Assembly (NCBI GenBank): GCA_001600695.1
Contig: BCKQ01000020.1
Location: 99,141 to 127,146 of the forward strand
Reading direction: 5' to 3'
Length of the DNA stretch: 28,006 bases
Source: Ascoidea asiatica JCM 7603
Taxonomy: Eukaryota; Fungi; Ascomycota
The position numbers and the translations under genes were made by a program. The notes below the pieces were generated by a model, which was given only the letters and a program-made list of their open reading frames with translations, had not been told where the DNA came from and ran no database searches. Positions 20,525-28,006 of the stretch are shown here, one piece after another; the first letter of the stretch is position 1; every line of letters starts with the position of its first letter.

Positions 20525-20738
20525 CAAAGTACTCCAAAGATTTATAAAGAAGAAATAAAAAATTGAAGAATAAATGATCCATTATCATTATATTTCTCTT
20601 TATTATTTTTTTTAAAATTATCATATAACAGTTTTGTAAATACATTATTAATTACCATTTTCTTTAATTTAGTTACTGGAATTGAAAATAAATATGCTCT
20701 ATCAAAATGATCTAAAATAATTTTAAAACAATTATTAT
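20525..20738 (-). repeat. 214-bp repeat, copy 2 (inverted duplicate of the 3' end of the 12332-13164 gene)
   Basis: About 97% identical to 12968-13181 by manual alignment; explains the track ORFs 20542-20745 and 20454-20645. Confidence 0.93.
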
Positions 20739-21012
20739 AAAGCAATGAATAAATAAAAAAAGACCTGAATTTTTATGTGAAGGAAGAATTTTGGAGGGTA
20801 ACAAAAAAGACAGTGAAAAAGGGAATATAAAAAAGGAAATGAAAAGAAATGAAAAAAAAAGGTTTATTTCTTTCATTTGTTTCTTTCTTTCTTTCTCTAC
20901 AATCACAATCAATCTCAATCAAAAGGTATGTGAATGATTTGTTATATATATTATTATATTATATTATATATTAGTTCAATAGTTTAATAGTTTAATAGTT
21001 TATTGGTGAAGA

Positions 21013-21100
21013 ACAAAATGATGAGACTTTAACCCAAATAAGTTGACTAGCCTTGCACGGTTCTGTGTCTTTATTTATACCATCTTTCGGATCTGATTGT
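21013..21100 (+). ncRNA. SNR39B: Box C/D snoRNA, snR39B homologue, guiding 2'-O-methylation of the 25S rRNA G equivalent to S. cerevisiae Gm805
   Basis: Box C ATGATGA 21018-21024, box D CTGA 21093-21096, terminal stem ACAA/TTGT and outer stem GTGAAG/CTTCAC. Guide ACCATCTTTCGG (21079-21090) is complementary to conserved 25S CCGAAAGAUGGU, and the D+5 base C pairs with the target G. Internal TGACTAGC is shared with S. cerevisiae snR39B as recalled. Confidence 0.9.
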
Positions 21101-21109
21101 ATCAACTTC

Positions 21110-21110
<1 letters not shown>

Positions 21111-21152
<42 letters not shown>
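21111..21152. repeat. (CTTA)n microsatellite between the snoRNA and the branch point
   Basis: Direct inspection; about 10 units. Confidence 0.9.
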
Positions 21153-21153
<1 letters not shown>

Positions 21154-21301
21154 TATTATATTATATTCAATGGAACTTATTAACTAACAATTATAACAAT
21201 TATTAAAGAACTGGGGATTTGTTTGATGTTTGGAATGACTTCAGTTGAATAGTTTACTCTATAAATATATTAAATAAATAAGAATTAATGATAAATGTAA
21301 T

Positions 21302-22210
21302 TTAAGAATTGAAAAAAATATAAATATTAAAATATTCATGATTATTATTAAATATATTCTCATTATTTTTTTTAAATTCATAATAATTTCTTTCATTATA
21401 AATTTCATTAACTAATGATCTCTTTAATTTTGTTATTGGAATTGAAAATAAATATTCTCTTTCAACAGAACTTAATCTAATCTTAAATATATTTCCATTT
21501 CCATTTTCATTCCTAATATATTCACCAAACTTCTTTATCATAAAATTTGGAATAATAATATCACTAAATTGAAATTGAAATTGAAATTGAGTATTTAAAT
21601 CTAATTCTGTAATTCCATTTAATTTCAATTCTTTAATTAGTTTCTCATGTTTATGATTTGATCTAATAAGAATAGAATTTTTAATTAAATCTTTAATAGA
21701 ATTAACAAATATTATAATATAAATTAAAAATGATTTTGTTTGAAAGATTTTAATTGAATTAGAATTTAATTTCAATTCATAATCATTATCATTATCATTA
21801 TCATTTAAATTACAAATTATATTATTTTTTTTATTATTCTTTAATTGATTATTTTTTATTTTAAAAATAGAAAAATTTTTAAATTTAAGAAATAAAAATC
21901 CAAAATTATCATTATTATTAATTATATTTCTTGTGAAAATAGGAAAATTAATTGGAAAAAAATAATCTAAAGTTTTTAAATCTAAAACACATGTATGATA
22001 TTTAGAATTTAAAATTTGAATATTATAATATATTTTATATCTAAAAAATAAAAAATTTATTGAACATTCAATTTGTAATTGATATGAAGGATTTGAATAA
22101 TTAATTTCCATTTCTTTAGAATAATTATTTGGAATAATAAATAACATTTTTGGATTTTTTTTATAATAATAATTTATTAATTCACCAATTGTCCATATAT
22201 TATCATTATC

Positions 22211-22246
<36 letters not shown>

Positions 22247-22285
22247 TTTACTTGAAATATTTGTATTTTGATAATTATAATCCAT
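21302..22285 (-). CDS. Hypothetical 327-aa protein, the intact member of the local orphan family
   Basis: ATG-to-stop ORF with conserved blocks shared with 12332-13164, 19611-20288 and 20525-20738; GC patch with a CCAAT box at about 22475-22575 upstream. Confidence 0.75.
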
Positions 22286-22639
22286 TATATATTCAAATTA
22301 TTCATTAATTACATAAATTAAGAAATTCCAATTGAAATAATTAATAATTAATAAAAATATAAATTGAAAAGTTCTTTTATATAATATATAATATTTTAAT
22401 AATACATGAAATTGATCTTGCTCTTATTTTAATATAATTTTTAATTGATATTATACCATTTATATTAATTATTTACGACGGCAGGCGTTGATTGGCCAGA
22501 TAAATACGAGCAAAAACATCCACACTTCCGGCATTTGAACTGCAAATTAAGATTCCAATCCCGAAACTTACCGTAAACTTTATTTGTATATATAACTTTT
22601 TATATTAAAAAAATATAAAAAATGAAACTAAATAAAGAT

Positions 22640-24778
22640 TCAAACTTCAACATTTGAATTGGAAATATAAGATCTATTATCTTCTTCAGAACTATCTATT
22701 TCATTAAAAATGAATTCTGAATTTAATTGATTTCTATTTAATTCAATTATATTATTAAATTTATAATTAATTAATTCATTTATAGAACAATTTCCAAAAT
22801 CATAAAAAACAATATCTTTTATAATATTTATTTTATTTAAATTATATGGAAAATCTATTAAATTTATTGAATGAATTATAAATTCATTTAAAAATTTTAA
22901 TTGAATTAATTTATTTAAATTTAATTGATTAATTTTATTAAATGAATTAAATGATAAATTTAAAAAATTTAATTTCTTTAAATTTAAAATACAATCTGAA
23001 ATAAAATTTATTTTATTTTGACTTAAATTTAAAATTTTTAAATTATTTAAATTCTCAATATTTGAAATTTCAACTAATTTATTTCTTTTTAAATCTAATT
23101 TTTCTAAATTAATTAAATTATTTAAATTCTTTAAAATTGAAATTTTATTTCTTGATAATCTTAATAATTTTAAATTCTTTAAATTATTTAAATTTTCTAA
23201 ATTATTAATTTTATTTCTTGAAATATCTAATTCAATTAATTTTGATAAATTATTTAAATTTTCAATTTTTTTAATTGAATTTTTATATAAATTTAATTTT
23301 TTTAAATTTTTTAAATTTAAAAAATCATTTGAAATTTTTAAAATTAAATTATTTGAAAGATTTAAAAATTCTAAATTAATTAAATTTTTTATATTTTTAA
23401 TTTCAATTATTTTATTATTATCTAAATCAAGATATTTTAATTTAATTAAATTATTTAAATTCTTAATTTCATTAAATTTATTACCTGATAAATATAAATA
23501 TTTTAAATTTTTTAAATTTAAAAAATTATCTGGAATTTTATTTAAAATTTGATTATTTCCAATATCAAAGAAATTTAAATTTTTAAAATATTTTAAATTT
23601 AAAATATTAATTGAATTTAAATTATTTCTAGAAATATCTAAAGATATTAAATTATTTAAAATTTTTAAATTTAAAAATTCAATATTATTTAAATTATTTT
23701 GAAATAAATCTAAATATTTTAAATTATTTAATTTATTAAATGATGAATTTAAAATTAAATTTAATTTATTACAAGATAAATTTAAATCTGTTAAATATTT
23801 AAAAGATAATTTGAAATTAATTTTTTCAATATTATTCTTTGATAAATTTAATTTTATTAAATTTCTTAAATATTTCAAATTTTTTGGAATTGAAATTAAT
23901 GAAGTTTCTTCTAAATTTAAATATCTTAAATTTATTAAATTCTTTTTAAAATTGAAATTTATTAATGAATTATATTCTATTGGATTACTTGAAATATTTA
24001 AATTAATTAAATTTGGAAAGTTTTTTAAAAAATTGATTTTATTAATTTTATTTTGATTTAAATTTAATTTTCTTAAAAATTTTAAATTTTTAAAATTCTC
24101 TTCAATTTGAAATTGATTTTCTTGTAAAATATTATTATTATTATTATCAAAAAGATGATAACAATTATATAAATTGATATGTTTTATTGAACAATTTGAA
24201 TTAAAATTTTGAAATAATTGAGTGAAAATAAATCTTAGAGTAATTGAATCATTTTCATTAATCAAATTATAATTAATAAATGTTAATTTATTAAGATTAC
24301 TTAATTTTTTTGAAAAATTCATAAAATTCCAACATATTTTCTTATTTTTAATATTATTCTTATTTAAAAAACTTGGAATAACTTGAATTTTTAAATCTTT
24401 GATTAAATAAGAATTTGGAATTAATAATTCATCAATAATTTCTGGATTTTTAGGATCATAAGTTAAAACAAACCAATTTCTTAATGTTTTCAATTCATTA
24501 TTTTCATTCTCATTCTCATTCTCATTATCATTATTCACATCAGCAGATTCTAAACCACTGCTATCATTATTCAAATTCCTATTTGTATTTTGATATAAGG
24601 AAAATATCAGTTCTTTTGGATCATTTGAATAAATAAAAACAGAGTGAAATAATTTCTCTTTTGAAACTTGTTGAATAGTTATATTTGAAGAATGAGATAA
24701 AAGTAATAATTTATCTAAAGACTGAGGATGTAAAATTTTTTCAATTATATCCTTTGGGAGTGGTTTGTTTTGATCCAT
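22640..24778 (-). CDS. Leucine-rich repeat protein (about 17 SDS22/internalin-like LRRs) with an N-terminal F-box-like segment, 712 aa
   Basis: ATG at 24778 (the track start is a TTG); LPKDIIEKILHPQSLDKLLLLS N-terminus; repeats LxxLxLxxNxIxxIxNLxxLxx such as LKKLNLYKNSIKKIENLNNLSK. Confidence 0.88.
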   Translation of the reverse strand: MDQNKPLPKDIIEKILHPQSLDKLLLLSHSSNITIQQVSKEKLFHSVFIYSNDPKELIFSLYQNTNRNLNNDSSGLESADVNNDNENENENENNELKTLRNWFVLTYDPKNPEIIDELLIPNSYLIKDLKIQVIPSFLNKNNIKNKKICWNFMNFSKKLSNLNKLTFINYNLINENDSITLRFIFTQLFQNFNSNCSIKHINLYNCYHLFDNNNNNILQENQFQIEENFKNLKFLRKLNLNQNKINKINFLKNFPNLINLNISSNPIEYNSLINFNFKKNLINLRYLNLEETSLISIPKNLKYLRNLIKLNLSKNNIEKINFKLSFKYLTDLNLSCNKLNLILNSSFNKLNNLKYLDLFQNNLNNIEFLNLKILNNLISLDISRNNLNSINILNLKYFKNLNFFDIGNNQILNKIPDNFLNLKNLKYLYLSGNKFNEIKNLNNLIKLKYLDLDNNKIIEIKNIKNLINLEFLNLSNNLILKISNDFLNLKNLKKLNLYKNSIKKIENLNNLSKLIELDISRNKINNLENLNNLKNLKLLRLSRNKISILKNLNNLINLEKLDLKRNKLVEISNIENLNNLKILNLSQNKINFISDCILNLKKLNFLNLSFNSFNKINQLNLNKLIQLKFLNEFIIHSINLIDFPYNLNKINIIKDIVFYDFGNCSINELINYKFNNIIELNRNQLNSEFIFNEIDSSEEDNRSYISNSNVEV

Positions 24779-25647
24779 TTTAATCTTTGAGAAGTTGATT
24801 GTTTTCAATAAACTTGATAATTACTATTATTATTATTATTCACTATCTCTATATCAGCTTGAAGTAAATATATCTAATCTTGATTTCCCAGAAAAATTAA
24901 TTGCAGTTTGAATGGTGGTGTGTTGGTTGTTGTTGTTGTTGTTATTTCTTTGATACGCTCGAAGTTAATGATTAATCATCATTTATAGTGTTTAAAAAAT
25001 ACTTAAAAGTCAAAAACTTATTAAATATTCATTGAACTTCAATAGAAACAAAAGAAATATATTCAAAAACAAAAGAAAGAAGCTGGTCTGTTTATATACT
25101 CTTGGTCTGTAAGAAATATGAGTAATTGAAGAAAAATTAAAAATTAAAAATTATTCATTTAAACGTACTTGGAAACTGTTCACGCTGATATTCATTTATT
25201 ATTGTCTCTCCAGTACAGAAATTACCTTATTCTTTTTGATAAATAACTACTATTTAATATACTATATCTTTTATCTTTTTAATAAATATCAATTTGAAAA
25301 TAAATCTGTAGTTTATAATTTTCTCAAATATAATGGAATTGAACTTTTTACTCCAAAAAAAACACAAAATAAAAATTTGAATTTAAGCATATAATACTAA
25401 AGTGTATTTTACAAATTTTACAGAACTTATAAACAAATTAAACTGTTAAAGATCGTATATTAACAAAAATATGCAGAGATTGAAATCTATAAAGATTACA
25501 TAAAAAGGTTTTTTTTTAGAAAATAAAAAATTATAACATTTAAGAGCGAAATGATTATATTTGAGAACTGAAATAAGGAATTGATATTAAGTAACAAAAC
25601 ACCTTGATTTTGCTTTTATAGGGATAACCAAAAAGGTATCAAATAAA

Positions 25648-28005
25648 TTATAAAACAAATAATGCACCAGCAAATGCACATAAAGCTAAAACAAAACCAC
25701 TAGATAATGAACCAGCAGCATTAGAATAATCAACTTCTGGAGTAGATGAATTAGCAGAGTATGAAGTAGTTTCTGCACTCATAAATACTGCATTAGCAGA
25801 TGATGATGAATAATTACCAGAAGCAGATTTTGTAAGTACTAATTTAGTTGTAGAATAAACAGTGACATCAGTATTAGTTAATGGAACATAAGATGTAGTT
25901 TCAACTACACTACCTTCAGAATCAGTAGTAGTTCCAACTTCAACACCAGTTGTACATACTGAAGTTACACATGAATCACCGGAACATGATACAGATGAAA
26001 CAACAGTTGTAGATGATGCAGTTTTAACATATGATGAAGTAACTAATGTTGTTAAAGATGAACAAGCAGCACCAGAACAAACTTCAGTAGCAGATACAGC
26101 TTCAGATGAAGAAACACTTGATTCAGCTGTTGCTTTAACAGGAGCAGCACTTGATTCAGAAGTAGATTCAACAGTAGTTGAAACAGCAGAAGTTTCAACA
26201 GAAGAAGCTGGAGAAGTAGATGTAACAACAGTAACACCAGATGAAGTTAATGGAACAAATGATGTGGCTTCAACTTCTTTTCCTTCAGTATTAGTTGTTG
26301 TACAAACTTCAATACCAGTGGTAACATCAGATGTAACACATGAATCACCACTACATTTAATAGAAGAAATAACTGTAGTAGAAGAAGCAACTTTAACAGT
26401 TAAAATAGTACTTTCAACAATAGATGAACATTCAGAACCAGAACAAACAATTGAGGTTGTGGCAACGGCAGCAGCACTAGAAAGAGCTTGAGTAGTAGTT
26501 AATACACTAACTGTACTTGAGGTTAATGGAACATATGAGGTTGTTTCAACAGATGAACCTGCTTCATTAGTAGTAGTACCAACTTCAACACCAGTGGTAA
26601 CAGTGGTTGCTGTGCAAGATTCACCAGAACAAATAGTTGTTGGTACAACAGTTGTTGATGATGCAGTCTTAACAAATGTACATGAACTTTCAATAACAGT
26701 AGATGATACAGCAGAAACAGGAGCAACAGAAGAAGTTGTAGTAAGAACAACAACACCTGTAGAAGTTAATGGAACAAAAGTAGTGGATTCAGTAGAAGAA
26801 CCAGCTTCATTAGTTGTTGTAGCAATTTCTACACCAGTTGTAACTGCAGATGTAACACAAGTTTCACCAGAACATTGAATAGATGAAATAACAGTGGTAG
26901 ATGAAGCAACCTTGACTGTAGAAACAGTACTTTCAATTATAGAAGAACATTCACCAGCTGAACAAACAACAGATGTGGTGGCAACAGGTGCGGCACTTGA
27001 ACCAGTAGAAATTACATGAGTAGTAGTTAATACACTAACAGTACTTGAGGTTAATGGAACATATGAGGTGGTTTCAACAGAAGAACCAGCTTCATTAGTA
27101 GTGGTACCAACTTCAACACCAGTGGTAACTGTAGTTGAGATACATGATTCACCAGAACATATAGTTGTTGGTACAACAGTAGTTGAGGATGCAGTTTTAA
27201 CAAATGTACATGAACTTTCAACAACAGTAGTTGATGGAATGCTTGCAAATGTGGATTTAACAGTAACAGGAATAGTAGAAGTTTTAACAACTATTGAACT
27301 AGTGGTTAATGGAACATAAGATGTAGTTTCAACAGAAGAACCAGCTTCATTTGTTGTTGTACCAACTGAAACACCAGTTGTGATTTCTTTAGTTTGACAT
27401 ACTTCTTTAGTACAGATAACAGTAGAAACGATAGTAGACATAGTAGCAGTAACAACAATAACCTCAGTATTTTCACTACATGATTCAGTAACATAAGAAG
27501 TAGCATAAACAGGAATTGAAGAGATAATAGTAGTTGTAGGATATGCAACAGTAGTACAAGCTTCACCGCTACAAACAGTTGATAAAGAATTTGTAACAAT
27601 AGTTGATTCAGTGAAACTAACAACAGATGATTTTGCTTGAGAAGTTTCAGAAACAGGAGCAGCACTTGATTTAGAAGCAATTGGGGTTGTTGAAACAGCA
27701 TAGGTGGTACATACTTCACCAGTACAAGTAACTGAGGAGGATGCAACTGGAGTAACTGTTGAGGAAACAACGACAGGAACAGAAGAAACCATTGTAGATG
27801 AGATAATAACTGGAACAGAAGAAACTACAGTACTTGATTCACCAGTGACTGTGGTACATGAAGCACCAGTACAAATAGTGGAATAAGAGCATGTAACAAA
27901 TGTAGATTTTACAAAACTAGTTGAATGTGTTTTAAAACTTGATAATATTAACTCAGGTTTACTTGAAGTTTCAGAAACTGGAGCAGCACTAGATTTTGAT
28001 GGAAC
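25648..28005 (-). CDS. GPI-anchored Ser/Thr/Val-rich cell-wall adhesin with Cys-containing flocculin type 3-like repeats; 5' end lies beyond the window
   Basis: The frame stays open from 27792 to the window edge (VPSKSSAAPVSETSSKPEL...). Repeats TTVVPTTICSGESC..TTVTTGVEVGTTTNEAGSSVETTSYVPLT. C-terminal YSNAAG plus hydrophobic tail. Confidence 0.92.
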   Translation of the reverse strand, partial: VPSKSSAAPVSETSSKPELILSSFKTHSTSFVKSTFVTCSYSTICTGASCTTVTGESSTVVSSVPVIISSTMVSSVPVVVSSTVTPVASSSVTCTGEVCTTYAVSTTPIASKSSAAPVSETSQAKSSVVSFTESTIVTNSLSTVCSGEACTTVAYPTTTIISSIPVYATSYVTESCSENTEVIVVTATMSTIVSTVICTKEVCQTKEITTGVSVGTTTNEAGSSVETTSYVPLTTSSIVVKTSTIPVTVKSTFASIPSTTVVESSCTFVKTASSTTVVPTTICSGESCISTTVTTGVEVGTTTNEAGSSVETTSYVPLTSSTVSVLTTTHVISTGSSAAPVATTSVVCSAGECSSIIESTVSTVKVASSTTVISSIQCSGETCVTSAVTTGVEIATTTNEAGSSTESTTFVPLTSTGVVVLTTTSSVAPVSAVSSTVIESSCTFVKTASSTTVVPTTICSGESCTATTVTTGVEVGTTTNEAGSSVETTSYVPLTSSTVSVLTTTQALSSAAAVATTSIVCSGSECSSIVESTILTVKVASSTTVISSIKCSGDSCVTSDVTTGIEVCTTTNTEGKEVEATSFVPLTSSGVTVVTSTSPASSVETSAVSTTVESTSESSAAPVKATAESSVSSSEAVSATEVCSGAACSSLTTLVTSSYVKTASSTTVVSSVSCSGDSCVTSVCTTGVEVGTTTDSEGSVVETTSYVPLTNTDVTVYSTTKLVLTKSASGNYSSSSANAVFMSAETTSYSANSSTPEVDYSNAAGSLSSGFVLALCAFAGALFVL

Positions 28006-28006
28006 T

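Larger units (their letters stand above)
20926..21208 (+). other. Predicted spliceosomal intron of a non-coding snoRNA host transcript
   Basis: AAAG|GTATGT donor at 20926, branch-like AACTAAC 21182-21188, first downstream AG (AAG) at 21206-21208, TATAAAA at 20826-20832; no coding frame evident in the flanking exons. Confidence 0.65.

Noticed and set aside
24608-24610. In-frame CTG codons (here and near 13075) as evidence for an alternative CUG code
   Set aside because: They fall at unconserved positions in orphan genes, and CTG scarcity is expected from AT bias; the code cannot be determined from this window
26052-27886. Several Leu/Gln-rich or Val/Thr-rich ORFs overlapping the adhesin
   Set aside because: Frame and antisense shadows of the Ser/Thr/Val-rich adhesin
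1-28006. CRISPR arrays, transposase/retroelement genes, LTRs, rRNA
   Set aside because: No repeat-spacer array, RT/integrase/transposase motifs, paired LTRs or rRNA sequence seen; the DNA is eukaryotic

Overview
Very AT-rich eukaryotic DNA from a budding yeast (Saccharomycotina). The N/K/I-rich proteins suggest an Ascoidea-like genome, which is an inference only. Left to right: about 3.9 kb of apparently decayed coding sequence; a GPI-anchored S8 subtilisin with five unusual N-terminal repeats; BFR1; an 84-aa Gly/Gln/Asn/His-rich small ORF; tRNA-Asp(GTC); a frameshifted member of an orphan gene family; a palindrome-rich GC island; a PMU1-type histidine phosphatase; a probable SIC1 CDK inhibitor divergent from HAC1; further orphan-family relics plus one intact member; an F-box-like/LRR protein; and the 3' part of a GPI-anchored flocculin-type adhesin. 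The strongest signals missed by the ORF track are RNA-level. HAC1 has a complete Ire1-type non-spliceosomal 318-nt intron (18758-19075) with both CNG|CNGN stem-loops, a hidden second exon, an exon-exon zipper and the 3'UTR bipartite targeting element. A box C/D snoRNA (snR39B homologue, 21013-21100) sits inside a spliceosomal intron of an apparently non-coding host transcript. These are known systems that an ORF-only annotation would miss. The most plausibly undescribed items are the four-copy orphan family (with a 214-bp inverted repeat pair flanking PMU1-SIC1-HAC1), the glycine-rich peptide and the subtilisin pro-repeats. All alignments and folds were done by eye; no database searches were run.
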